A DNA stretch of 64,000 nt from Eledone cirrhosa. Its lineage: Eukaryota. Shown here piece by piece: positions 42,378-56,433 of this stretch (within the stretch, counting starts at the first letter, position 1; the number at the start of each line of letters is the position of its first letter). The notes under the pieces were generated by a model. The model worked only from the letters and a program-made list of their open reading frames with translations, made no database searches and had not been told where the DNA came from. The stretch covers positions 269,204,001-269,268,000 of the forward strand of contig OZ024742.1 in NCBI GenBank assembly GCA_964016885.1. The letters run 5' to 3'. The position numbers were made by a program, and so were the translations under genes.

Positions 42378-43797
42378 CACAAAACGATTTTACACTACCC
42401 AGAAACGTAAATATATATATAAAAAAATAATAATAAAACGCAGAAAACATACAAACATTTAAAAACAGGATTCCCAGATTCAATTGGATACTTCAGGGGA
42501 ACAATCTCCAAACAAAACTACAGAGACCTTTCGGCTTTTGAGCCAAAATAAACCCTGAAAGATGGAACTACTGTCCTTCCTCAGCAAAATCTAAGTGGGT
42601 TTTCACACTTTCTCCTTCTCTAAATCAAACATGACCTCACTTAAAATAGGTTATGTGAATGCATGGTGCTTGGTATCGTCTTAGAAACTGGAGCACCTGC
42701 CCAATGACCTTAGTTCAATGGACATAGATGTGGAGGCGATTAGCGAGACTAGAGTTTCCGACGAATGAAGCTTCGCACCCATATTCGGTGGCTACGAGGT
42801 GTACGCATCTACAAGCTGTCCATGATCTGGAAGCGGAGTTGCCGTGTTGTTGTGGAAAGGCATGGATCTCACAATACGGACCATCGTCCTGGACACGGAG
42901 GGTAAATTGGTTCTGCTGGACGTGACCAGCGGAGAAGTGCACACCTTCATGTTAGTGGTCGTCTGTGCTTCAACAGAAGCAGGACAAACTGATTTTTTCC
43001 GACATCTAGAAAACTTTCTGGCAACTTCTCGCTCTTTAGTCTTAGTGGGCAACTGGAACGGTATCGTAGATGCACGCTGGGATTTTGTAAGACTAACGGA
43101 TTGTGGAGCAGGATGTAAAAGCCTCGCAAATCTGCTCAGACGCTTTCATCTGCCAGAGAGATACCGGCTGAATATTCCTAGTGCCCTATTGTGGACATGG
43201 AGAAACGATATCGGGTTATCCAGTTCCTATCTAGATAGGTTATTCTGTTGGGTAGTAAATAAGGATAGGATAAGTTGCCCACAATTTAAAACAGTTGAAT
43301 ACACAGACCACAAATTTGTGAATTGTGCAGTATATCTAGATAAGCTCCATAGACAAGGACTCGGTTACTGGGAGCTAAACGCCTCTTTCCCAACGTGCAA
43401 AGCCTACAGAGTCGGGAGTGGTTAATTACTTAAGCGAGCGTTGACAGGGTCATCTTCAACAACAAGTGGTGGTGTGTCCTGAAAAAGGGGAATTAAATTA
43501 GAATCAATAAGATTTAGCAAAGCTGTAGCAATAGAGAAAATTAGAGTAGAGACAAATGTAGAAGAGGTAATTAGCAAATGCAACGCTACCGACGTTTCTC
43601 AAGGCGAGATTGGCCCTCAACCATTTCTCCAATGCTAAGCACGACGACTAAGTGTTCAGAACTAACGTGCCTCCTCATGAGCTGACGAAAGCCGTTCAAT
43701 GGGCCCGCGTGGCAGACGCGTGCCTTGGTAACAAAGTCACAATTCGATCTCTGGAACACAACGACGGGCGCATGATACTCGATCCCAAGTACATATG
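42378..43797 (+). mobile_element. Tx1 fragment (ORF1 end + endonuclease), in tandem with the previous copy
   Basis: ORF2 start MTSLKIGYVNA at 42631; ORF 42844-43425 is an EN domain (LVGNWN, SYLDR, YTDHK). Confidence 0.85.
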
Positions 43798-43822
43798 TGC
43801 GATAATTTTTTCAGTAGAATGT

Positions 43823-44110
43823 TTTGATCAATCCTTTCAAAGACCTTGCTGAATCAAGCTCACATCAGTGTCAGAGCCCTCTCCCAAAGCTCTTAACATG
43901 TCATGAAAGTGATGCGGGACCTGCTTTAGGCATTCCCTTCCATAACGGAACCCATGTTAGTTGGCGTTCAGCAGATGTTGCTTTCAAGAAAATGAATTAT
44001 TCCTGTTCTTATCGTTCACTCAAATACATTAATGATACGAGAAACGAGAGAGATGGGACGGCAATTCATTGTAAAGGACTTAATTCCCTTTATTTAAACT
44101 GGAACAACAG
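43823..44110 (-). mobile_element. CR1-like LINE RT fragment
   Basis: rc reads approximately LLNAN*HGFRYGRECL...HHFHDMLRALGEGSDTDV...LDSARSLKG (QHGFR, DFSKAFD-like). Confidence 0.65.
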
Positions 44111-44160
44111 GCTAGGAAAAAATGTGTTCAGCTATATATAAATAAATTCATATAAAGGCA

Positions 44161-44760
44161 TATATAATTGAATATAAAAGAGAGATAAACACAGATATAA
44201 ACATATATGTGTTCAAATCGTAATAGAGTTTCTAACTCAATATATACCTTTGATATATTCGGCTCCTTCAATTTTGTTGAGCTAATGTAAATGTCGTGTA
44301 ATCTTGGCTGCTATTGTTAGTACTATATGTTTATGAGATACGCTAGGTTCTGAAGCCATGTACGTTATTTTATATACACACACTATTCAGTCTACTGAGA
44401 TACTTAGAAGTGAAGGGTTTACTAATTTTACACCCACTGATGAGCAAATAATTGGTAATTTCCTTTCGCTAAAATTGCGAAACTGCATCACCAAAAGTTG
44501 CCTGCAGTTTCCCAATATAGGTTTGCATTTCTTTTCTTCATTTATTATTTTAAATTAAGTCTGGCAAACCCTATTGTTCATAGTTAGTATTCTTTACACC
44601 CTTGCGAATCTGGTCCCTTAAGATTTGAACACATAGATGTTTATATATGTGTTTATCTCTCTTTTATATTCAATTATATTACACGCTCAGAAAAACCTCT
44701 TTGAGCTATTTAATTATAAGAGACCATTTTGAGTTTCTAACTCTATACCATTGATATATA
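44161..44760 (+). mobile_element. Inverted piece + repeated terminus + 505-bp unit with hammerhead-like motif (44432-44512)
   Basis: 44161-44223 is the inverse of about 44619-44680; gagtttctaactc at 44226 and 44731; CTGATGA gcaa...ttgc GAAA ctgca...tgcag TT, but stem I does not pair. Confidence 0.65.
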
Positions 44761-45254
44761 TACATATATATATATGTGTGTGTGGGGGGGGGGGGTTGTG
44801 TGTGTGTGTGGTTATGGGTGTGTGTGTGTGTGTGTGTGCGTGCGTGTGTATGTACGGATGCGTGTGATGTCTTTCTGGCTTTTTATTCTCTCTATTATCT
44901 TTCTAATTTTTTCTTGTAAATCTACCTGCGCGTTAATATTTTACTCACACTCCATCTTACACCCTTTGTTTTCATTCTACAATGCATCTATGATTCTACT
45001 ATTCTTCTATCCCAGCTTTTTATACATGCGCTCCAATTCTGTCTTTCTCGAAGCATTCTCTTTCATTATATGACTCTCAGCAACCCAAGCCTCCGTATTA
45101 ATAATTTATTATTACATATGTCTTGTTACTTTAATATCAATTTCTGTCTTAATTTCCATCTCCAACCGGTCTTTCGCTCTCTCTTTTTCTCTCAACCCAT
45201 TTCTCTCTTCCTCACTCTTTCACACACACACACATACACTCTCTTTCTCTCTAC

Positions 45255-45344
<90 letters not shown>

Positions 45345-46194
45345 GACTTTCTATCTATCCCACATAACTTTATAGCTTTCTCCGCCATTGTCTCTTGTTC
45401 TTTGTATCTTCCGTTCAACTCCGCTAGTTCTGTTGGAATAGTCTTCTTTCAATATGTTTGTCAACATAAGCTACTATTATTCTTATTAATCATCTCTCGG
45501 AATGTACTTTCAACAGACTTTCATCTTATTACAATTATTTTCCTCTTTTACACACACGTACACAGGTAATCATTCCCATTATAGATACACAGACACACAC
45601 CTACACACATACACATATCTATGTATATATATATATAATTGTATGCGTATAAATGTGTGTATGTATCTATAGATATGCAGTTATACCTATGTGTGTATAT
45701 GTTCTTTAACGAAGCACATTATTACGCCCCTGATCACATTAGTAAAATTCTTAAGATGAAAATCACTGCTTCAGGCCATTGGTCTTTGAAGATCTGAAGA
45801 AATATAACATTTACCATATTACCATATATCTATTACACATCATGCTTCAGCACAAACAGTAATACTACGCCAGCACGAAACGTACTGAATCTGGGTCAAT
45901 TGCGATAAGAATTTCTTGCCCATGGTGACAAAGATATATTTACTTCAACATAACTAGAAATAAAGATTTCACATATCTTTAGAAATAATCATTAACTTGA
46001 TACGATTACAACGTATATATATATATATATCGCTCTCTTTATATATTTATATATATATATTGATTATATGGATTTGGGGAAAATTCATTGAAATGTTCTA
46101 TCATAGCAGCCTGAATCTAAAAACAATTTAGATATATATTTTCGGATGTCTTTCAACACGATTTCCAAGTTGATAATATTATTGGTATTATCCC

Positions 46195-46298
46195 GTCTAG
46201 GTTAACTTTGCCTTTCATCCTTATCGGGTCAATAAAATAAAGTACCAGTAATGTACTGGTTAATTTCTGGCCTTGTGCCAAGAGTAGAAACAATTATT
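46195..46298 (+). mobile_element. SINE 3' portion
   Basis: aggttaactttgcctttcatcc...agtagaaacaattatt. Confidence 0.82.
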
Positions 46299-47529
46299 GG
46301 TATTACGTTTTCGAGAGTCCGTGCGAGCTTTCACTGCAGCATAACGTGCAGCTCAAATTATCTAAGCCGTGCTGAGCCCAGCTATTTTGGAATGTGGAAT
46401 GCTTTATAAACTGCACGGATTTTCAATGTTTATAGTATTTATTTTGACATTTTGGAGTATGTAATCTTGCAACCACTGGTATGCTATATATGCTCTGTTA
46501 TAATGTCTTCTTCATCTTATATAATGACCAATTATTGCTAGGACTATTTACTTTCAGGTGATACGTTTCACTTATTTCATTTTAAAATCCCTTTCTGCTG
46601 ATAGTGTCTCATTAATATTCGCATATTATCATATACGGCGAACACGAACATTAAGCGATTTAACGATTCATCACGTAAGCCAGTCATAAATAGCATATTC
46701 AAGAAATTAATCGTAAGCATAAATAGAACATTGGATTATTTAATTCAAATGAAAAATATAGTAAACATAAAATTATATAGTTTGGTTTATATACTAATCA
46801 TGTAAAAGTCCACAATAATATAACCGTTGTTTAAGTGTGGAATGTTTTAGCGTGTCTGGTTGTCTAGACGTAAACACTTTGGTCAGTGAACATAAATTCA
46901 CATTCATTTAATTACAGGTGTACGTAATATGAGTTTAATACTGGATTGGAATGGACAACCATTACCATGGTTGAATGGGCATTTTGGTTAGAAAATCAGC
47001 GAGTTCTGCCGAGCATGGCTAGGAGAAAATGGACAAAATATTTTCAATATAACAACCAGGATTGTCTCATAATACTGATTATATCAATGTAGTTTAATTG
47101 CAATATTATTGTCATTTCTCTCTTTACCATTTGTGTTGATTTTCTTTCTCCAAAATAATATCATGTTCGACTAGTCATATTCAAATACGCTTCCACCATT
47201 GCGATCCAATTTTTTAAGGCGGTGGATTGTAAGTGGAGGGCGCATTTAACTGTTTATATTAAAATGTGCTGCTGAATCCTGTGTCCAAGTTAACATATAT
47301 TTACCTGAAATAACAGGTAACATCTCCGTAAAATAACGTTTCTCGCTGGTAGCATATTGTTTTAGATAGTCTTCAATATCAATATGGTGACCAATTGCTT
47401 ATCACCAAGTTTACTACTGTATCGATTAGTATACCATGTGCGTTATCGAATAAACTTTTAATGTTTTTAAAGATATACTTTTGAGCATCAAGTATATGGA
47501 AAATCGTTGCAGACCATTGTAATACGCTC

Positions 47530-47871
47530 CGTCTGAGTTCAAATCCCGTCGAGGTTAACTTTGCCTTTCATCCTTACGGGGTCGAAAAAATAAAGTACCA
47601 GTAATGTACTGGGTAATTGCTGGCCTTGTGCCAAAAGTAGAAACAATATTATATAATGGTTGTTAGGCCGGTGGATTGGTAGTATCGGTAGAGGGTCAGA
47701 CGCCATGCTTTGCAGCAATGAGTTATGACCCTTTATGCTCTGAATTCAAATCCCACCAGGGTTAACTTTGCCTTTTATCATTACGGGGTCGATAAAATAA
47801 AGTACCAGTAATATACTGGAATATTTGCTGGTATTGTGCCAAAAGTAGAATCAATTATATAATGGTCGTTA
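47530..47871 (+). mobile_element. Two tandem SINE copies (5'-truncated 47530-47650; full-length 47666-47856 with 15-bp TSD)
   Basis: TSD atataatggt(t/c)gtta at 47651-47665 and 47857-47871; A and B boxes present in the second copy. Confidence 0.9.
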
Positions 47872-47919
47872 TATAATTATAACCACAACCATTTCAATCG
47901 TTTCTTGATTTGTTAATGA

Positions 47920-48850
47920 ATTATTTCAAGCAGTATAGCTGACGTCAAATTTCCTAATATTTTCGAACTAAATCGAGAGCTTCAATGAGGGATTGAAAGA
48001 ATTATCTCTTATCCTACGACAAAATAGTGGAAAAGTCATACGTTAATGATAGTATGGTTAAGTCACAAAACATAAGTTTTAGTTGGACTTGTGGGATGTG
48101 TATATTTCGTAGAATCGGTTTGTGCTTGTTGATCATTTTTTAAATCATTAACTGTTGATCGGAATCTATAATACTATCACTCCTCTGTTTACATAACATT
48201 TACAAAATGTAAAATTAGAAGTATTTAACTACTTTTGAAACATTAAGGTTACATTGAAGATTTGTTTGTTTATCATAAGATAGAAACCCATTTATTGTGT
48301 AAACAGTTGTCATACTATAGAAAACATAAATGCATCTGTAAGAGTCAATTTAACTTATCTAAGAGTTCGTGAGAATTATTGACAATTTAGAATGAATGAA
48401 GGTAATGTAACTCAACAAATCTTTCTATACTCTGTAATTATATGTGATATTATAGTATTGCATTTATTATTCTTGCCTAAATAATATAGCCATTGCTGTG
48501 TTTCCAATTTTATTTATGTCTGCTCAAACTTATGAATCGTAAATTCATTGCATTATTTACATATCGAAGGCTAAATATCCATTCTGAGTTCACTTTACAT
48601 TTTATTGTGTTAAACGTTATATCTTCTGTGTCTACACAATGGCTCCTTCACTGTAATTGTTCCTTATTCGAAATTAAATTGTATTGCCTTATGCGTTTTG
48701 TCATTTCCCATTTTATTCATTGAATCGATTTCTAACCGATTCATTCTACACGAATACATTATGTAGACAGATTTCCTATTATTGTTTTTATGACTACTTA
48801 ATTATTTAAAGAACTCAATCCCTATATTGTCTTAGTTCTCTTAGCCCTTA
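47920..48850 (+). pseudogene. Possible heavily decayed class-A GPCR
   Basis: SIAD (D at 47941) and SLTVDRNL*YYH (about 48145) are in one frame; later WLL and LNPYI; many stops. Confidence 0.25.
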
Positions 48851-49276
48851 GTACCATGCATTTTTCGCATTCTGTCTCAATAACTATCAAATATCCAATC
48901 TTTATAATTGTGCAAACTTTGTCAGGTATACTTAACGTCTCAGAATGAATAAACAGGTATCTCTCCAGAATAATGTTCTCTGCCAATACAGAAAGCACAC
49001 TACAAACGATATGTTAAATGTTTCTTTACAAATATAACTCCGTTTATTTATTTATTCACGTGTTGACTGGATTCCACGTGTAGAATGTTGAAATGGGATA
49101 ATCGCATCACATGTCAACTTCTTGGCCTTTAAATAAGAAAATGTCTTTGAAATTGGCCCTCCATTTTCAGATACATAACCATATGCAACAAACATAGTAC
49201 ACACATATTCACACATAAGCACACCCACAAAATACATACACACATAAACACACATAAATATATATATATATATATT

Positions 49277-50040
49277 GACGATGACAGCCTCTTCTCCAAA
49301 GTCACAGAGATCACCACTGTGTGGATCGAGGAACATATCAACAACATTTGGACCAACATGTGCGACTGGCGGAAACTCCCACAGAGGCTTAGAAGCAACA
49401 ATCTTACGAGGATCTGTAGGCTACAAGCCTTCTATCACCTCGTGAAAACCCACGTGCAAGGATATGACTTGAAAAGCAAGCCTATTGTACCCAGCTTTGA
49501 AGGACCGCATTACAAAATTCCTATCTAATACCTTAAAACGTTTACTGAACAACCTGCCGGGACACGTCAACCGTTCCGAGGAGGTCATACAGTGACTACA
49601 CGATATGGAACCTGACGCCCTAAGGGATAACAGCTATGCCTTTAACCTTGACGCGGTCGTTCTGTCCAGCTCGGTTTCTGCGCTCCCGGCAGTCGACATA
49701 CTGACAAAAGGTCTCCAGCCTACCCACTTACACTGCTTCGGGCTTATGAACACCGGCATCTAAAGCTCCTATCCGTTATCGTTGACAACACCTATTTCGA
49801 TTTTCTCGGCTACACATACCGACAGACTTCAGGACTACCCATTCATTCAGGCTTGTCGGGTGTGCTGTTGATCTCGTATATGGATAGACTAGAACGCAAG
49901 GCACTCAACATCTGCCACCCCAACACAACTGCCTTCTTCTCAAGAAACGTGGATGACATCCTCATCCTCGCATCCTCTAGTGAGATGGTGAAAACGTTCT
50001 CAATAGAGTATATCAACTGTACGCACACGGTAAACAACGA
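49277..50040 (+). mobile_element. Penelope-like RT fragment
   Basis: FYHLVKTH...KPIVPSFEGP, YRQTSGLPI, FSRNVDDILIL. Confidence 0.8.
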
Positions 50041-50289
50041 AGGCCAACGCTTTCCTTTATCCGACGTAACTCATTTCCCCTCGGAAAACCTCCTTTTTGA
50101 TGGATGTGAAATACCAAAAATAGGGACTACTGAATGGCTTCCAATGTAACACTATCTCTTGTGTTTTTACGCCTTTCTTATATATTTTTTCGCTCTCTAC
50201 TTCTCTTTCTAATTTTCTTTCCACACGATTTTGTTACCCGGAGATTTAACCGTCTGCATTGTTGAGGCTTTCCAAACGACTATATATAT

Positions 50290-50880
50290 TTAATTAGGAC
50301 TAATCTTCCAATTAGGTTAATAGCACCCTTTAAGTCGGACATATGTAGGGTCAGTAAGAATATCATAGATAATATCTTACCCGTGTTAAGGAAAGAATCT
50401 AAACTTAGTTTAAGGACTTCCACCAAGGATGTGATAGACAGGTGCCGGCTATTAAGTAGCTAACAAGAAGCGAAATTCATACAGCTGGACATAGCGAACT
50501 GCAATTTTTAATAGGAATACTATGACTAAATCTAGCCTCACGAGAAGGAAAGTGGACATTATTATAGCTGCGAGAAAAACGCTCATACAGTACGACGATA
50601 GGCTCTGGGAGCGGAGGGATAGACGCCAGAGTGTAGACATAAATATGGGGTCTAGAGACTCCTCACGGGTGACCGACTTAGTGGGAATGTTCCTCCTGCA
50701 GCAGTTGTCGGGGGAAATCCTTGCGCTGGGAGGATTATTTAGAGACGATGCTCTTTTTACGTTCCGCTCGCTTAACCTCATTCAGCTTGAGTGAATGCAG
50801 AAACGTATTACATATGTTTTTAAACTGTACGGATTGACGGTAGATGTAGACCACAGGACAGAGACGGTGAACTATTGGGA
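50290..50880 (+). mobile_element. Penelope/Poseidon-type RT fragment
   Basis: PIRLIAP, DINMGSRDSSRVTDLVGMFLL, GGLFRDDALF; ends in a TA tract. Confidence 0.82.
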
Positions 50881-51487
50881 TATATATATACCTATGTTGT
50901 ATGTTTATATGTGTGTATGTATCTACATATATATGTATGGGTATATACGTGTATGTATCTGTATGTATGTATATGTGTGTGTTTGTTTATATATATATAT
51001 ATATGTGTGTGTGTATGCGTGTATGTGTGTGTGTGTATGTGTGTTTATGGATATATGTAGATGTGTGTGTGTATATATTTGTGTGTATACGGGTATGGAT
51101 GTATGTATAAGTGTGTATGTACATGTATTGTTATACACACATGCAGTATGTATATATGTGTGTGTGTGTCACTTCTATGTGCGTAGGTGTGCGTGTAACT
51201 TCGCTAAATGACCCACCTCTATTATATTATGTTTTAATCCCTCACATTTCCTGTATAACTCACTAGTATACACACGCATGTGTATCTTGTACATTGGCCT
51301 ATATGTGGTTGTATGTGTACTCCAACGCGTGCACATATGTATGTATTATTTTATTTTACTTTATCATTATTATCGTTTTATTGTTCTGCCTTTTTATCAT
51401 TTTTATATATATGTGTTGGGATATATATATATATATATATGTATATATTTAAAAGAATAGAGGTGTAACACACGAGTTATGATATAG

Positions 51488-51641
51488 TGGTAAAAGGAAA
51501 AGAAAATGCTGACAAATTGTTCCCAGTGAAAAATAGTTTAAAACTGAATACTAACCAATACTATTACTAATTTTTACTTATTCCTAATTAATCTATTTTT
51601 CACTGGGAACAATTTATCAGCATTTTCTTTTCCTTTTACCA
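51488..51641. repeat. Near-perfect 49-bp inverted repeat (arms 51488-51536 / 51593-51641)
   Basis: One mismatch; 56-bp AT-rich spacer; TA tracts on both sides. Confidence 0.9.
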
Positions 51642-51959
51642 ATATAGATATATATATATACTTTTCTCAACCTGATTAGTTCTATCGTTACTTTGGTATA
51701 TATTGTGTGCTAGATTCACCTACCACAATGTTCGATTTGTCAAGCTATTTAAACGTATGTTATTACTCTAAGGCCATATCTTATCGAGTGCTTTGCTAAC
51801 TCATCATTTCATAGTAGGCCGAATTTACTTGCAAACCGCCAGAGATTCAATTTTACTAATTTCCAATTATATATATTTATATACCTATATTGCATGTTTA
51901 TATGTGTGTGTGTCTATTATGAGTGTGTGTATATATAAATATATATATAAATATATATA

Positions 51960-54330
51960 AATTACACAATAATCAAAACTATGTTCAAATCAATTTATTG
52001 CTGACAATAGTTTCTTCCAATCTTTCGTTTGGAATCCATCGGACCACTAGCAATGTTTGGACATTAAATTAACTTCCTATTCAATTGAACAATCATATCG
52101 ATACATGGATATTAATGTTGTCAACAACAGTCTCGTATTTACAGAGTGGAATGGATGTGACAGAGATTACAAAGGGAATAGTATAATAATTAAAGAGGCA
52201 TTCAGGTAGAAAGTTACTCATAAAACTAGGACACTTTGTACATATTGAAGCGTATAGAGAGTGCAAATGCGTTAGGCATATACAAGACAGCTAGTTAGGA
52301 AACAAGCAATGGTACTAGGCATATATAATTACTGTCTGGCAAAGGTATCACATAAAATAACATAGGTTTACAAGCATATCAAGCAAAAAAGATGTTTGTG
52401 TATTATGAGTTTATGCTGGATGTAGTGTGATCATCGTTTCTGTAATGTTCAAATGTGCATGTGTTGAGAGTATTAATATCATGTTATCTTTTCCATTACA
52501 TTGGTTATATTTTATTTTATTGAATGTTTTTAATTAGTTACAGCAATGGACTGTATATTGGTCCTATTATACTGTTATCCAGGGTTCGAGTGATTCTCTG
52601 GAGTGATTCTCTAACTGCTTAATTTCGGGAAGTGAGTTTGAGATCTATATTAAAGGGAGCTAATGTGAAAGGGGTGGTAATTAGCGATTAATTTGTATAT
52701 GATAGAAAAAAATAGAAAAAATGGAAAACATGTATAGTTGTTTACAGCTCCAATTAGTTAAATTCCTTGTGCTAATATACCTTATATTGTGTTACAAGTG
52801 AATCCCTTTTATATAATGCTATTTATTTATATTAAATTTAAATACAATCTATTTTCCTATAATACATTAAAGGTCTCATTATATTGTTATCTATCCATTA
52901 CTGATTAAAATATAAGTAAGCTATAGAAAATAATGTATAGTTGTTTACAGGTCCAATTAGTTAAATCTCTTGTGTTATTAATATACATTATATTATGTTA
53001 TAAATGAACCCCTTATATATAATGCTATTAATTTATATATTTAATTATAAATATAATTTATTTTCCTATAATACATTAAATGTCTCATTATATTATTATC
53101 TATCCATTACTGAATATGATATAAGTAAACTATAGTATTTATATTAAATGGTGGTAACTTTATGTTTATTCCTAATAGTTATTGTAGACTATAAATTGTA
53201 GACTTTAAATAGGAGTTAGGTAGGGGAATGAGTTGATCTTAGAGTGTGATGCTGTGGGGGTAATTATATGCCGATAATACCTAGAGGTGAAGTGTTAATG
53301 GTTGTGAGGAATTCAGATCTGGCATTGTTATATACTAGCAGCTAGGCTTAAAGTTATAGAAAGGGTGTCGGTGGTAGTGTTGGCACATGGACAGATTCTC
53401 TGATTTTCTATTTAAGAGGTCTCGTTTAGAATGGATTATAGTGCGGGTCTCTAGAGGACAGAGGTTACATAATGTATTCGATGGTTTATACGATGCGGCC
53501 CAATCTATTACTTCCCATTGAATTGTATATGGTCTATTCGTAGTTTTCAGAGAGTGTATGTAGTTAGATAAAAAAGTGGAGTTGGCTAGATTGCGATTTT
53601 TGAAAGTGTGGAGATGCGAGTAATATCTCGTCTTAAAGCAGTTCGATGTTGAACCGATATATATTTTTGAAGAGTTGTTTGTGTTAACTGTGCATGAGTA
53701 AATGATGTCTTTGATTAAGCAATTTTTATCTAAGAGGCAAGTTCTATTTGTTCTACAGTTACAGTTATTCTGGTTGTTTGCTTGCTGGTTACTATTTTGT
53801 GTAGATGCCTGGTTGTTAGGGATAGCCTTAGGGTAATGATGGTTATCGTTCTCATTGTTATTAATATCGTTAGTGCTATTACCATTATTATTATTGCTAC
53901 TAGAATTTTCTGGTACTATGTTGCTATGTAAGTTGTGATTGAATTAGTTGGAAATAATGATTAATCTTCTTTTTATTACTACTAGCTATATGGTATGCGA
54001 TGTTAGATGTGGTAGAGTAAGAGATTTTAATGTTATTTTTATTGATAAGATTATGTATTTGTGGCCGACTGGGACATTTTTTTCTAGGATTGAGAAGAAA
54101 GCCCTAGGCAAGTTGATAGAGACATTTAGATTGAAAGCTGGATTGAAAAATATATTAGTCTTTTATTTTTGTGTTTTGTAATGTTATTTGAGGTATTGTT
54201 TATATTTCTGTTTATATTATTATTATTGGGGTGTTTATTCTGGTGCGAGTTAAGTTTGATATTACCCTTCGTATTAGAGTTCGAGTGGCTAGTACTTTTA
54301 TTAGGCCTACTTAAATACTGAATTGCGGAA
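51960..54330 (-). mobile_element. 5'-truncated PLE: thumb, GIY-YIG and long 3' UTR
   Basis: rc: IFFNPAFNLNV, CNCRTNRTCLLDKNCLIKDIIYSC, YIGSTSNCFKTRYYSH; variant hammerhead near the 3' end (51997-52054). Confidence 0.85.
52729..53135. repeat. About 205-bp tandem duplication in the PLE 3' UTR
   Basis: atgtatagttgtttacag...ataagtaa(g/a)ctatag occurs twice, about 85% identical by eye. Confidence 0.85.
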
Positions 54331-56300
54331 TATAAAAAATTCCCCAAAACTCCATGCCTCCTCCGATAAAACCAAAAACGTTTATGAGGTAGACCTACAG
54401 ACCTATAATAAGCTGGCAAAAAATGCCATCATGACCACCTACAAAAAAGGTAAAAGGGATGGCATTGACTGAGACAAAGGCGGCCGGAAAAGAAATCGCC
54501 AAGTCCATTGAGTTACACGACCTTTAAGGGTAAAGACCCCGAACCTTACCCTGAAGCACTACAAGGGAAATTTCCTCAACAAACCATCAGTCAGACTTAT
54601 CAACCCCACACGTTCGGACATCGGCTCTATCAGCAAAAAGATCCTAGGCAGAGTTCTACCAACATTGTGGGCTGCCTCACCACTCCCACTCTGGAGCAGA
54701 ACATCTAAGGCAATATCTTGGTTCCAAGAATTGCCCGATAAACGCCACACTCGCTTCCTACAACTCGACATAGAAAACTACTATGCTTCTATCTCAGAGC
54801 CCTTACTTTTGCCAGAAATTTACCACCACAACCGACGCTGAGCAAGATGTTATCCTCCATGTCCGTAAGGCATTCCTATACCACGAGGGATCTTACTGAA
54901 TCAACAAGAAGTCTCATATCCCCTTTAACGTCAGCATGGGAGCGATTGACTCGGCTGAAATAAGCGATCTCGTGGGCCTGTACATTTTACATCACCTGAA
55001 GAACGTCTTTACTGGCCTCACCGAAGGTTTATACCGAGACGACGGCCTCTTCGCCCTGCACAAGATTAACCCCAGAACCACCGATGGGTTTCGGAGAAAC
55101 TTAAGCTCGTTCTTCCGTAATCTAGCATTTAGTATAACTATAGAATCTAATATGACTAGGGCTAACTTTTTAGACCTCACTCTCGACCTAGATACTTCCC
55201 TCTATTACCCGTACTACAAACCTAACGAGTCCCTTAGATATATTAATGTTAATTCTAACCACCCCACAAACATCACAGATAACTTAGTAAAAAGCGTCTC
55301 AATTAGAATATCCTGCCTCTCGGTCAATGAAGATATATTTAACGCTTCTGCCTCCTACTACAATGACGCCCTCGCCCTCAGCGGATTTAAAGAAAAATAA
55401 CTTACCTAGAAACCACTGCAAGGCTGCATAGGAGGAATAGGCATAGGCAGATTTGGTGGTACAACCCTCCTTCAATAGAGATGTCTCTACACCTATAGCT
55501 AGGACTTTCTTCACTTAGCTGAAACACACTTCCCCATACAACATAGGTACTACACCATCTTCAATAAGAACACAATAAGACTCTCCTGCTCCACTACACC
55601 TAACCTAGCTAGGAATATAGCCAATCTCAATTCTAAAAAAATAAAATAAGCCAAGCACCTCCGAACCCAAACCGTGGACTGAAGCCGTGTGCAACTGCTT
55701 AAATAAGGAAGCATGCCCACTTGAAAACAAATGCCTGAGAAATGACATCGTATACAAATGTGATGTCATCTCAGGCGCCGATGATAGCAACAACAAAAAG
55801 ACTTACATCGGCATGACTTCCAATAATGTTAAGACCCAGTGGTATGCCCACACCCACTCCTTCAGAATACCGGACAAATCAAATCAGACAACACTCGCCT
55901 CCTATGTTTGGGACCACAAAAAAACTCCCCTCCTCCACATTCACGCTTAAATGGAAAATAGTCCAGAAAAGCGCGTTCATACAACGGAGGAGACAAGTGA
56001 TGCGACCTTTGTATCTCAGAGAATTACGAAATATCATTCGGCAAGGGCCCGGCCCGCTACTGAACAAACTCTCTCAACACTGCCCGAATTGCATGCACAA
56101 AAACTTTGCAACTTTCAAATAACTTAAGCCAGTGTTAATGCCAGATGGCTAAATCAGATTTCCCCTTTTCTTTTTTAAACCCACTCGTCAAAATACCCCC
56201 TCTACCTCCTTCCCACCCAACACCTACCCCCTCCCGACACGAAGCACGGCACTATGGTCATGTAAATACGTCTTACCTACCTGCTATTTCTGCATGTAGA
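54331..56300 (+). mobile_element. Penelope/Poseidon-type PLE (RT + GIY-YIG), decayed
   Basis: MGAIDSAEISDLVG, GLYRDDGL, NFLDLTLDL, SNHP, WYNPSF, CNCLNKEACPL, YIGMTSN. Confidence 0.9.
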
Positions 56301-56389
56301 TCTGTATATATGTGTCTGTGGATATGTGCATATTTATGAGTACATGTTTGTACGTATTTGTATGAGTGGCCGTAGGTATGTATGCGTAT

Positions 56390-56433
<44 letters not shown>

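Noticed and set aside
46918-47091. Possible exon after attacag (VRNMSLILDWNGQPLPWLNGHFW...)
   Set aside because: Short, no recognisable domain and no phase-compatible partner exon that I could support.
47666-47760. A/B boxes suggesting a tRNA gene
   Set aside because: No cloverleaf, and it continues into the SINE core and tail with a TSD.
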